A stretch of DNA of 62,404 nucleotides, filler included, from Planctomycetota bacterium (GTDB lineage Bacteria; Planctomycetota; Planctomycetia; JALXBF01), in NCBI GenBank assembly GCA_026991575.1. It is 8 parts of 8 records of this genome, joined end to end, with 100 filler letters (N's around TTAATTAATTAA, not from the genome) between each part and the next. Parts side by side here need not be neighbours in the genome. Positions count along the whole stretch, not along the records: positions 1 to 14,964 come from JALXBF010000129.1; 7 more parts are not named here. One strand, written 5' to 3'. Below, one piece after another: positions 1 to 9,379 of this stretch; the first letter of the stretch is position 1; each line of letters opens with the position of its first letter. Under the pieces are notes generated by a model that saw nothing but the letters and a program-made list of their open reading frames with translations, was not told where the DNA came from and searched no databases. The position numbers and the translations under genes are program-made.

Positions 1-168
1 CGACCAGAGGCGTTCGGCATTCCCGCACCCCGTCCGTCGGGCGGAAGCCACCTGTGGCTATGGGCAGCCCTGTCCGCCCTCGGACTTCTCACCGTCCTGC
101 TCGCAGCGCGCCTGCTCGCCGGGAGGCGAAGCGCCAATTCGGAGAAACAGCAGCAAGCCGGAGCATGA
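1..168 (+). CDS. C-terminal end of a membrane-anchored exported protein, paralog of 9380-10312 (5' truncated by contig edge; absent from ORF track)
   Basis: Frame 1 reads RPEAFGIPAPRPSGGSHLWLWAALSALGLLTVLLAARLLAGRRSANSEKQQQAGA*, matching the tail of 9380-10312 (SPEAFGIPSPIPEKLSRLWLWVLLALLLLLSALILARLARWR). Confidence 0.8.
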   Translation, partial: RPEAFGIPAPRPSGGSHLWLWAALSALGLLTVLLAARLLAGRRSANSEKQQQAGA

Positions 169-357
169 CCTGGATAAGCTGACGTACGTAGAGACACGTC
201 GCGGAATCCGCTGACAAGGTTCCGCAGCAGAAAACGATCGGCAACGACGGCCGTCAATCCGTTTGTTTTTCGGCATGGCACAAGGTGGCGGATCTGACTC
301 CGCGACCAGGTGGCAGCCGAAAGTAACGCGAGTATACGCTAACTGACGGGGGAAACG

Positions 358-906
358 ATGTGTGAGTCGCGGCGTGCTCTATGTAGCGGGTCGCCGGGGC
401 AAGTCGAAGTATCGTTTCAGCCTCGAACGTGGCAGCGAGGGCGAACTGTGATGTGGGCCGGAGCGCTTCTGATCACGTGGATTCTCGCAATCTCGGCCGC
501 CCGGTGGCACTGCGGTTCGTGGCGTGGGGTGTTGGAGGCGCTGAGAGGGCGGCCTGTCAGCGCCAGTGTTGTCCGCATTGAGCCTCAAGGTGACAAACAC
601 GTGGTCATCACCGTCAGATTGCGGAATCTGCTGCCGCGGACGCTGACCGTTCTGGGCGGGGACCCTGGGTGAGGCGCCCGTCTGGAAGCGGAGTTTCCGC
701 TGCGATTAGCGCCCGGAGATGAAACCAGCGTGCGGTACATTGTCCCTAACAGCTGGCTCGCAGACCGGACCCGCGATTTCGGGCCGGTGCTATACACCGA
801 TACTGGGGGCTCCTGTCTGGTGCGGGTCAACCGCCTGCCCGGGTTTAGTCGTCTGGCGCGGAGGTCACGCTCAGTCACCAGTTCCCGCAAACGATCGTCT
901 GACTGA
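358..906 (+). CDS. Candidate selenoprotein: membrane-anchored DUF1573-like Ig-fold protein with in-frame TGA at 670-672
   Basis: N-terminal TM segment, then RWHCGSW...VRLRNLLPRTLTVLGGDPG-TGA-GARLEAEFPLRLAPGDETSVRYIVPNSWL...FGPVLYTD. Aligns ungapped with the paralog at 10481-11092 on both sides of the TGA. Read-through ends at 906, 13 nt before the lnt start. Confidence 0.75.
685..702 (+). promoter_or_regulatory. Putative bacterial SECIS element
   Basis: Hairpin AGCGGA-GTT-TCCGCT (687-701) downstream of the TGA, with G in the apical loop. An outer GGCGC(673-677)/GCGCC(709-713) pairing is also possible. Confidence 0.6.
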
Positions 907-919
907 GCAGAGGTGGCGG

Positions 920-2563
920 ATGAACCCAGTGGGCACGGCGACGCACAGCCGCAAATCCGACTCCCTCAACGGGCAGTCGGGCCGCGCCGGTGCGGAACCA
1001 GGCAAACTCCTGGCCGGGCCTTGTAACGGCCGGAGGTTGCTGCGCTTGATAGCAGCCCACCTGGGATGGGCCGCGGCGACGCTTTTTGCATGGTGCGGGG
1101 TCTATCGCTGGGCCATTTTGATCGCCTCGGCCATTCTCTGGGTGCCCGTGCTAACCCAGGCCATACGGGGGCAGTGGCGCACGGGGATTGGCTTGGTGAT
1201 TGGATGCACGATCCCGACGGTGGCAGCACCGTACTTGTGGCATTTCGTGGGGTACCCGTACGGATACCTGGCCTACGCTGCAGCGTGCGCTTTAGTTGGA
1301 CTCCAGGTGGCGATAACTGCTGAGCTGTACGCGACGCTGGCCCACCGCCGTGTGCTACTGCTCACGGTGGGCCCCGCATCAGCGACCATGCTCGAGCACG
1401 GTCGTGCGTACTTTTTTGCGTGGCCCACGCTGCTGACTGCGACACCATCCGTTGGCGTCCCAGCCGGCCAGTTAGCGAGCATCGTCGGGCCGCTTGGTCT
1501 CACCTGGATCAGCTATGTGCTGCAAACGATTCTGGCCCTCGCGCTGACAGATCGCCGCAGGCGGTGGACACTGCTGGCGCTGTGGTGTGCGGCGCATGGG
1601 GTGCTAAACCTGGCGGGTGCGGCGCTTCGGCTCGAACCCGGTCAGAAGTCATTTCCCCTGCCCGCGGGCGTCTTACTTGTCCAGCCGGGCATCCGGACGA
1701 GCACCGATTCAGCAAATGCTGCCCCCGGAATCTCGGCCGCAGAGGCGGCGGCACGCATCACCGCTGCGGCACTGGAGCGGTACGAATCGCCGCTGATCGT
1801 GTGGCCAGAGACGACGCTAGGCACCGCGTACGTTCAAAGCCGTCCGGATGGGGGTCTGGAGCTGCTTGACACCGGCGGCCTGTTCTCAGTGGAACCGTAC
1901 GGCAGAATGCTCGCTCGCCGCGAAAACACCTACTTTATCGCCGGATTGTTCTTAAATTACCGCGACGCACGACTCACGAACGGGGCAGTGTCCATCGCGC
2001 CGGATGGCTCGCTGCAGTGGTACGAGAAGCGGACCCTTGTGTGGTTTCTTGAAACCATGCCGGCAGACTTTCTTTGGCTTGTACAGAGACTCAGGATCGA
2101 CACGGGGGGATTCAGGTGGCTGAGTCCGGGTTCTAGGCGGCCACCGTTCCGGTGCAACATTCACGGGCGGACAGTCGTCCTGCAGCCCGCCATCTGTCTG
2201 GAAAAGTACGTCTACTGGGGCTGGCCGGATCCGGATGAATCCGCCATCGACGCGTTTGTACACATCGGGAACGAATCGTACTTCGCCGCACATTCGTATC
2301 TGCTGATCGAACATCGCTGGGCGATACGTATGAGGGCGATCGAGTCAAGACGGTGGCAGTTCTCGGCCCAGACGTACCGCGGCTCTTGTGTCGTCGATCC
2401 GTCCGGTCGCATTCTCGCGCAGCTACCGCCGGGGCCCGGGTGGCTGTTTGTGTCGGAAAGCGGCGTAGAAACGCGGCATTTCTCGCTGGCCGAGCTGGAA
2501 GCGCTTCCCGAACCCGATGTGCACGACGAGGCCGTCAATCGTGAGCGGAGCCAAACACGTTGA
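920..2563 (+). CDS. lnt: Apolipoprotein N-acyltransferase-like protein (TM domain plus nitrilase/CN-hydrolase domain)
   Basis: Multiple TM helices, VLLVQPG, and catalytic triad motifs IVWPET (E), YEKRTLV (K), ICLE (C), plus MRAIESRR. ATG 920 preferred over the ORF-track start 719. Confidence 0.8.
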   Translation: MNPVGTATHSRKSDSLNGQSGRAGAEPGKLLAGPCNGRRLLRLIAAHLGWAAATLFAWCGVYRWAILIASAILWVPVLTQAIRGQWRTGIGLVIGCTIPTVAAPYLWHFVGYPYGYLAYAAACALVGLQVAITAELYATLAHRRVLLLTVGPASATMLEHGRAYFFAWPTLLTATPSVGVPAGQLASIVGPLGLTWISYVLQTILALALTDRRRRWTLLALWCAAHGVLNLAGAALRLEPGQKSFPLPAGVLLVQPGIRTSTDSANAAPGISAAEAAARITAAALERYESPLIVWPETTLGTAYVQSRPDGGLELLDTGGLFSVEPYGRMLARRENTYFIAGLFLNYRDARLTNGAVSIAPDGSLQWYEKRTLVWFLETMPADFLWLVQRLRIDTGGFRWLSPGSRRPPFRCNIHGRTVVLQPAICLEKYVYWGWPDPDESAIDAFVHIGNESYFAAHSYLLIEHRWAIRMRAIESRRWQFSAQTYRGSCVVDPSGRILAQLPPGPGWLFVSESGVETRHFSLAELEALPEPDVHDEAVNRERSQTR

Positions 2564-2645
2564 AACCGGCCCGGGCGCCATCGATAGCCGGCCCGGCCAG
2601 GTCAGGACGCCCACTACGTCGAGGGGTACCGGACGCGTCTGCCCC

Positions 2646-4127
2646 GTGAAGCTGTCGATCGTCATTCCTGCCTACAACGAGGACCGGCGGCTCGTTGCCC
2701 ATCTCACGCGGCTGCTCTCCGAACTCAAGCGTGTGTACGCTTCAGCCTTTGAAGTGATCATTGTGGATGACGGAAGCAGGCAGCCGGTCGAATGTGTTCT
2801 TGGGGAGCTGAGCCGGGAACCGGCCATCCGCGTCATCCGACATGCGGAGAATCGGGGCAAGGGAGCGGCGCTTCGCTCAGGATTGCTCGCTGCGAGGGGA
2901 GCCATTGTGGTCTTCGCCGACGCTGACGGCGCCACACCCCCTCCGGACCTGATCCGGCTCGCCCGTGCCATCGATCGAGGTGTTGATCTTGCCATCGGAT
3001 GCCGTGTTCGAGGTGCAGCGGCAGGCAAGGTGCACCGCCACTGGTACCGCCGCTTTGGAGGACGTCTGTTCGCTACGGTGGCGCGCTGGTTCACCGGCTG
3101 CCCCGTGGTGGATCCTCAGATCGGTTTCAAGGCGCTACACCGCGGGCGCGTCCTACCGGTGCTCCAGCAGGTCCAGGAGCGGGGCTACCTCTTCGATCTC
3201 GAGCTGCTCACCCTCGCGTGGAAGGCCGGCTTGAAGATTCGCGCGATGCCGGTGGCCTGGTCGGAATGCCCGGGCTCACGGCTCCGTTTCCTCCGCGACG
3301 GGCTTCGGATGGTTGAGCGGCTTGTCTGGCTGGGGTACCGCCTACCACGACGAGGACGGAACTACGCCGAATCGCGGAGCCGTCGGTCGGATGACGGCGA
3401 GAGCCCTGGAAGTCCGGCCCCCCAGCGACTTGCGCGATCGAAGCACCTGTTTACGGCACGGCGCTGGTGTTACGACGGTTTCCTCTTGCATCGCTGGTTT
3501 TTCCTGCCCACATACCGCGTCGCCCTCCAGCACGTCCGCTGGCCGGACCACGGATGGGTGCTCGACGTAGGCTGTGGCAATTCGGCCTTCCACCGATTCC
3601 TCACTCTGTCAACGCGCCAGCGCCTGACGTATGTCGGCCTTGATCCCGTGCCGCGCAGTGAGCACGGGCTTCTTGTCAGAGGGGAGGCAGAGCGACTGCC
3701 GTTCCGACACGACACCTTCGACGTCGTCGTGTGCTTCCATGCGGCCCACCACTTCTGGTCCGTGGGCCGCGGGTGCCATGAGATGGCACGAGTCGTTCGC
3801 GAAAACGGCGTCGTGGTCGTAGCCGACGGAGATATCAACTGCTCCTGGGGCCGAATCCTCCACAGCGGCATTGTCCGATCTATAGAGCGAGACGTTCGCT
3901 TCCTAACACATGAGCGATGGTTGCGTCTGTTCGGAAAATGTGGCCTGCAACTGGAGCAGTCGCTCGTACTTGCCGGCGCCGCACCCGTTCGGGTCTGGAT
4001 CACACGGAAGAACCCCCGAAACAGAAGGAATGAACAGGCGAAAAGCACTGATGGCACGCCGCGGACGCAGGAGGGAGAGCGGCGAGAGCCCGTCGCTGCA
4101 CTTGGCCCGAGGGGGGAAGCGAAGTGA
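2646..4127 (+). CDS. GT2 polyprenol/dolichyl-phosphate sugar synthase-like glycosyltransferase fused to a class I SAM methyltransferase
   Basis: LSIVIPAYNE, IIVDDGS, NRGKGAA, FADADG, GFK, FDLELL; C-terminal half has VLDVGCG and AERLPFRHDTFDVV. Start GTG 2646 is inferred (ORF open from 2517). Confidence 0.85.
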   Translation: MKLSIVIPAYNEDRRLVAHLTRLLSELKRVYASAFEVIIVDDGSRQPVECVLGELSREPAIRVIRHAENRGKGAALRSGLLAARGAIVVFADADGATPPPDLIRLARAIDRGVDLAIGCRVRGAAAGKVHRHWYRRFGGRLFATVARWFTGCPVVDPQIGFKALHRGRVLPVLQQVQERGYLFDLELLTLAWKAGLKIRAMPVAWSECPGSRLRFLRDGLRMVERLVWLGYRLPRRGRNYAESRSRRSDDGESPGSPAPQRLARSKHLFTARRWCYDGFLLHRWFFLPTYRVALQHVRWPDHGWVLDVGCGNSAFHRFLTLSTRQRLTYVGLDPVPRSEHGLLVRGEAERLPFRHDTFDVVVCFHAAHHFWSVGRGCHEMARVVRENGVVVVADGDINCSWGRILHSGIVRSIERDVRFLTHERWLRLFGKCGLQLEQSLVLAGAAPVRVWITRKNPRNRRNEQAKSTDGTPRTQEGERREPVAALGPRGEAK

Positions 4128-5839
4128 CGGAGAAAACCGTGTCTCCTTGCACCAGAACGTCGTGGCGACCGCTGGCCCTAGTACTGTTGGCTGCCACGTT
4201 GGCCAGGATCAATCCCTGGACGGATGACATCTGTTTCTGGAACGACGAGGCGTTTAGCTGGGCGGTCGCCTCTGCCCCCTTCGATGAGATGCTGCAGATG
4301 GTGGCAGGCGATACCCACCCTCCAGGGCACTACGTGCTCTTGCACGCGTGGATCAGGATCGCCGGCGACAGTATCTTCGCCATGCGATTCCTGTCGGGGC
4401 TGTTCTCTCTGGCAAGCGTCGTCTGCGTGTATTGGTTCACGCGGGAGGGCTTCAACGGCACTGTTGATCGTCCGACCGACCTCGCCCTCGCAGGGACGCT
4501 GCTGGCGGCAATCAATCCAGCCTGTGCGAGCACGGCCTACATGGCAAGGATGTACGCGATGCTCATGTTCGGAACGATGCTCTGCGCTCTGGGCTGCGTC
4601 ATGGTACTTCGGGGCCCCCGCAACCTGCTCTCCTGGGCCATGTGGGTCGTCGGAGCTCTGGTGGCGGTTTATTCCCACAACTATGGCATGTTCGTGCTCG
4701 CCGGGTCGGGAATCTGGCTGCTGGGCGCAAGTCTCACGGCGTGCCCATCGGAGCGGGCGATCATCTTTCGCAGGACGATCCTTGCCGGATTGCTCGTGGC
4801 GCTTTGCTACGCCCCGTGGGTACCGGTGCTGGTGTCGCAGGCCAGACGTGTAAGCGGGGGTTTCTGGATTCCCCCGATGCGTTTGGATCAGGCGGCTGGG
4901 GTTGTCGCTCAGCTGTTTAGCGAGCCGCTCAGCGCACTCACATGGGCCCCCCTGACAGGCGGGCTGCTGGCGGCAGCTGGCCTGGCCTTTGCACTCATGC
5001 TCTTGATCCCCTGGTTCGGATCAGCAGTGGAGTGGGTGTTTCTTGCGATGGCGGTGGCACACACCGTGGGCATCCTGATCGGAACCCTGGTGCTGCGTCA
5101 GAGCGTCTTTGAGTTTCGCTACCTGGTCCACCTCGTTCCGCTCGCCATGGTAGCCCTGGCAAGCCGGGCATTCGTGCTTCAACGGGGATTGCTCCGCACC
5201 CTTGTGCTGGGGGTGTTCGTCGTTATGGTCGGGTGCTCGGCGATAGCAGTTCTGCTGCAGAGGGTCCAGGTACGAGAAGCAGCAAGGGAAGCCGCAACCG
5301 AGGTTCGCAGACGTGCTATGGCCGGTGACGTCGTGCTGGGAGGCCCGGATTGCTTTTTCCGGATCAAGTATTACCTGACCCACCCTCCTGTTCCGGTTGA
5401 GTTTGCTGTTTACGCTCCGTCGCTCCGAGAGAAGGATCAGCGTCTCGTCGTATACGCGCCCGCTTTACTGCGCGAGCACTACGTGCTGGATCTCGACGCG
5501 GTGCGAGGTGATCGAGTGTGGGTGGTGGCCTCCCATTACTATGCTGGATCCCTGATGAGATTGCCCGGGTACAAGGTGCAGTGGGCCGAGTCATACACAG
5601 ACGTGGGCTGTGCCGACACCAGGCACATGATTGTCGCCCTGTTCACTCGCTCCGCACCGGTCACTGATCGTAGACCGGCAGCGGGACAAGGGGACCTTTT
5701 CGGAACGAGTGGGGAACCGGTAGGCAAGTCCCGGAAATCATCGGAGAAGAACCGGAGTACCCGCTCGGCAGCACGCACTACGTCCGTCAATCTCAGCCCC
5801 GCGTCCCCTGCCGGGCCTGGCAATCCGGACGGTCGCTGA
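4124..5839 (+). CDS. GT-C fold membrane glycosyltransferase (PMT_2/ArnT-like, GT39/GT83 type)
   Basis: WNDEAFS, DTHPPGHYVLLHAW, RFLS, ARMYAM, YSHNYG, YAPWVP and many TM helices. Start overlaps the upstream stop (GTGA). Confidence 0.85.
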   Translation: MTEKTVSPCTRTSWRPLALVLLAATLARINPWTDDICFWNDEAFSWAVASAPFDEMLQMVAGDTHPPGHYVLLHAWIRIAGDSIFAMRFLSGLFSLASVVCVYWFTREGFNGTVDRPTDLALAGTLLAAINPACASTAYMARMYAMLMFGTMLCALGCVMVLRGPRNLLSWAMWVVGALVAVYSHNYGMFVLAGSGIWLLGASLTACPSERAIIFRRTILAGLLVALCYAPWVPVLVSQARRVSGGFWIPPMRLDQAAGVVAQLFSEPLSALTWAPLTGGLLAAAGLAFALMLLIPWFGSAVEWVFLAMAVAHTVGILIGTLVLRQSVFEFRYLVHLVPLAMVALASRAFVLQRGLLRTLVLGVFVVMVGCSAIAVLLQRVQVREAAREAATEVRRRAMAGDVVLGGPDCFFRIKYYLTHPPVPVEFAVYAPSLREKDQRLVVYAPALLREHYVLDLDAVRGDRVWVVASHYYAGSLMRLPGYKVQWAESYTDVGCADTRHMIVALFTRSAPVTDRRPAAGQGDLFGTSGEPVGKSRKSSEKNRSTRSAARTTSVNLSPASPAGPGNPDGR

Positions 5840-6574
5840 CGGGGCGACCCTGTCCATGCTGGCACCGCACACGCAATAGGATCCCGCACGTCGGCAGCGC
5901 GTCGGATGAGTTGGCATTCCAGTTCTCTGTTCCTGGCCACGTGTTCGCATCCCTGACCAGTTTTGTGCAGGGTTCATTGCCTGTCTCTGACCGCCCTCGA
6001 GTTGGCCGGAGGCGGTCGAATCAGGGGAGCTGTCGCGACGCGGTCTGGGCCAGGACGGACCAGTCGTTACGCCAATCATTGCCACCTGTCCGGCGCCCAC
6101 GGCCAGCAGGGCAGCCCGGTGTGACCCGTAGCAAGTAGTTGTGCTGAGCAAACAAGACGGCGCGACAGAATCGGTTGAAGGCAGCGAAAGGACACGTCAG
6201 CCGGAGGAAGAAGCGATCAACGGTCGTGGCGGTCTGCTCCCGCGCAGCGTCCCGACAGGGTCAGAACGTCGTTGATGCTGGCAACCAGGCCGTCGGGAGG
6301 CGTCCACGCGGCGGTTCTGGCGGCAGCGTCCGCGGCTGCCAGGCTTCTGGCGTTGCCTGCCCTGTTAGCATTGCGGCAAGCACGGAAGCGCTCGAACTCC
6401 GGCATGTGAGCCAACGCTTGTACCAGCGGGAACACCCCAGCTGAGGCCAACGCGGAAGCCTGGCCAAGACCTTGGCTGGCAAGCCGAAGCCTCGATGCGT
6501 GAGGCCTTGACAAGGAGACGGAGAATCCGCTGTATCATCGAGTAAGTTGCCTGTGCCAGTTGAGCAGATACGTC

Positions 6575-6809
6575 ATGCGGTGGTTCGTACTCAGCTGCGC
6601 TCCTTTCGGACTTGGTCGGGCTGGGGCTAGTTCTGGCTGCGGCAAGTGTGGTTGCGGCAAGATCTTCAATATCACCCAACGCAGCCGTTGGCGGCTGGAA
6701 GCCCTCAAACCCGAATCCATGTGGCCTGCGCACGAATGACTGCCAGCGCCAGGGCCAGCTATCGTGTCGGTGGGATTCCACCAAGAATGAGCGCCACTGC
6801 AAGAAGTGA
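6575..6809 (+). pseudogene. Small secreted Cys-containing peptide, possibly frameshifted
   Basis: 6612-6809 encodes hydrophobic VGLGLVLAAASVVAA then C-x6-C-x7-C-x10-C, ending 25 nt before the partner gene. An upstream ATG (6575, MRWFVLSCA) is in another frame. Confidence 0.4.
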
Positions 6810-6834
6810 GAAGTGAGGACTGGAGGCAATCTTC

Positions 6835-7878
6835 GTGCACCGCATCTGCTTCCTGTCGCTGTTTGTGACGGCCGTCCTCGTACGGAGCATAGCCGCTGGC
6901 GACGAAGGAGGGGCGTGTGCCGGTATCCTCCCGAACGTCCGGCAGCACGCCAACCGGTACCTAGCGCGCCTCGAGGGGCGGGAATTCCACGTGCGGCAAC
7001 GTTGGGAGACGACCTGGCACGTCCCTCAGCGCCGCGGCACCACCGTGGAAAACGACTCGGTGGTCGAAAACGACTTCTGGGTCTGCTTCCGACTCCGGCA
7101 CCAACAGCTCCGCATTGTCAAAGAGCACCGCGATTCGGGCGAACGCCACGTTTTCCTGCTGAACGCACGGTACGCAGCCAGCCTCCGTTCTATTGCTGGT
7201 CACCAGTTCATAGTGACTCAGGTACGGGCAACGCCCCGTTGGACCGGGCCATATCCCGATTTCTACGCTACGGGACTGCCGCCGGGACGTCCGGAGGACG
7301 CTCCGCTGGCCGTACTGGCTCCGGTTGTCGCTAACGGCCTTCCGGTCGCAGTAGCACTGGAAGACACCGATGCGTTCTCCATCAGTTGCAGAAGGACACC
7401 AGACGGCCTGGTCGCAATCCGGTGCGTGACGAAGGTGGAACGTCCACAGTTCTTCGCCTGGCGTGACTCCTGGCGGCAGATTCTTCTCGATCCAAAGCAA
7501 GCCTACGCAGTTGTCCGCTCCAGGACCGTGTACAGCAACTCGGCAGAGGTCATAACCGAAGTGACGTATTCGGCCGCACGCGCGGCTGAGCCCGTCTCGT
7601 ACCGATGGGAACAAACGGTGACAACGCTCGTTGACGGCAGGAAACGTGTCCTCCAGCACGATGTGATCGACAATATGATCCTTGAGTCCAGGCCATGTTG
7701 CCACCCGGCTGAAGCGTTTTACTTGCCGTACTACGGGATTGACGAGTCGTCGATTGAGCAGACCTCCAGCGGTCGGGTGATCGCGCTGGCGGCAGGATCC
7801 GTCACCGCCCTGCTCATCGCCCTGCTGGCGCTGCTCGCACTGCGATGCGTAACGCACCGCGCGAGCAGTGAGGGTTGA
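6835..7878 (+). CDS. Exported beta-rich protein with C-terminal membrane anchor (LolA-like partner family), function unknown
   Basis: Signal peptide MHRICFLSLFVTAVLVRSIAA, ILLDPKQAYAV motif, and tail PAEAFYLPYYGI + TM + basic residues. Confidence 0.75.
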   Translation: MHRICFLSLFVTAVLVRSIAAGDEGGACAGILPNVRQHANRYLARLEGREFHVRQRWETTWHVPQRRGTTVENDSVVENDFWVCFRLRHQQLRIVKEHRDSGERHVFLLNARYAASLRSIAGHQFIVTQVRATPRWTGPYPDFYATGLPPGRPEDAPLAVLAPVVANGLPVAVALEDTDAFSISCRRTPDGLVAIRCVTKVERPQFFAWRDSWRQILLDPKQAYAVVRSRTVYSNSAEVITEVTYSAARAAEPVSYRWEQTVTTLVDGRKRVLQHDVIDNMILESRPCCHPAEAFYLPYYGIDESSIEQTSSGRVIALAAGSVTALLIALLALLALRCVTHRASSEG

Positions 7879-9117
7879 GCCTCTATTCCGGGCCGAGTAG
7901 CCCTTGCCAGGCGGAGCGCACCGGACGGTCCCAAGTCCTTCCTAATGGGGCTGCTCTGTGTGTCCGCCTTATCACTTCCGCGTCCTGGAACGCGTCCCGT
8001 TGAGCCACAGACGCTAAAGAGATAGTCTTGACTAGGAGGAGGAGGATAATAGAGTAGGCACCGCGAGCGGCCAACGGTTTCCGCACGACGGAGGGGGAAG
8101 CCGCGGACGCGATCCATGGCAACGCTGAACCGGGGGACATGCAACGCGACGGGCGCCAGTAGGCAACGCCAGGCGTGGTCAGGCAATTCCTTCCTGGCTG
8201 GCCTGCCGTGCACCAACGGCCCTACGCTGCCGTTCTCCGGGGAAGCGGTCAAGATCAACCAGCCAGCGAGGAAAGGTTCCGTTCCCGTGTCGCTCCTGGG
8301 CGGGCAACCTGCCCCACTGCCGGCGGTCCTTGCATTTGCCAGGATGGCTGCCGGCATCTGGCCCGGACCTACTCGTTCTGCTCGCGTCCTCCGTGCCTTC
8401 GCGTGGCTGTACCTCATGCTAACGGCGATGGCGCCCGGATCATTTTTCCGTGGCAACAGACCTTTCGGTTGGCCGGGTCGCTCCAGCCTACCTCCGGGAG
8501 TCCGAACGCCGGTTGACCTAGCGCTCGCCATCGGTCCAGGAACAACCAGTACGCCACCTCGGGGCTCCGCGTCCCACCTCGGGTTGGCGACGATAGCTCT
8601 TGCGCCGCTCGTTGCGGACCCAGGTCTCGTACCTGTGGATGCCTATCCCGGTCTCACCGACGCGTTGCTGGCACGGCAATCACGTGTGGCCGTAGAGTTG
8701 CCGCCGGGTACCAGCTTCCGACCGTACCTCTTCCTGGGACGACAACCTCGCACGTGCAACCCGAGTCAGAACAACCCGGTGCTCCTGTTAGGTCCAAGCG
8801 ACTGTCTCCCATGTAGACAAGTCTTAGACCTTCCCCAACCCGCTAGCCACATCGGCTGCGGGACGGTAGCATGCTGTATCGTCGGCAACGGGCAAGTTGC
8901 TAGGAATGCCATCACCGGATCCGTTGGCGCCCTTCTTGCACCTCGGGACAGCGTCATGCTCACCGGTAGCCTACCAGCCATCCTTTTGGCCACTGACGGC
9001 ACGGCCAGCGACTCTGCGATGAGCATTCGAGACTTGCTTGTTACCGGCTCAGCGTGCAGTACGATCCGCGCCATGCGCGCACGGAAGTCAGGTAGCACTT
9101 AGTGGAGGTGATGCGTG

Positions 9118-9375
9118 ATGTTGACCAGACGCCAGGTCCGCTTCGCAATCTTAGGGCTTTCGGTAGGGACGCTGCTCGGTGTGTCATTTGCCGGTTACGA
9201 CGGCGCGAATACAAGGCCAGAGTGTCAGGAAACGCTCAGGGAGTGTGTAGAAGATCCGGCCCTCCATCTTTGCAAGGACAGTGTTCACCTGAAGCGGTGC
9301 GACGCCGATATTCCGGAATGCAAGTGCCGCGATGTTGCCACGCGTCCTCCATCCTGCGTATGTCGGAGGCCATGA
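9118..9375 (+). CDS. Secreted cysteine-rich peptide precursor (8 Cys)
   Basis: RBS GGAGGT at 9104-9109; signal MLTRRQVRFAILGLSVGTLLGVSFA; mature part C-x6-C-x8-C-x8-C-x6-CxC-x9-CxC; ends 4 nt before the next gene. Confidence 0.75.
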   Translation: MLTRRQVRFAILGLSVGTLLGVSFAGYDGANTRPECQETLRECVEDPALHLCKDSVHLKRCDADIPECKCRDVATRPPSCVCRRP

Positions 9376-9379
9376 GACC

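Noticed and set aside
719..919. ORF-track N-terminal extension of lnt
   Set aside because: It overlaps the conserved post-TGA half of the candidate selenoprotein in another frame; ATG 920 fits better.
6507..6538. TTGACA...TATCAT promoter upstream of cassette B
   Set aside because: The spacing is 20 nt, outside the usual 16-18. The TTGACT-N16-TAGAGT candidate at 8028 has no clear downstream gene.
8116..9102. 328-aa plus-strand ORF
   Set aside because: No recognisable motifs and a Pro/Gly/Ala-rich composition typical of chance GC-rich frames. The minus strand has a faint transposase-like fragment (EVAYWLFLDRW), too weak to call.
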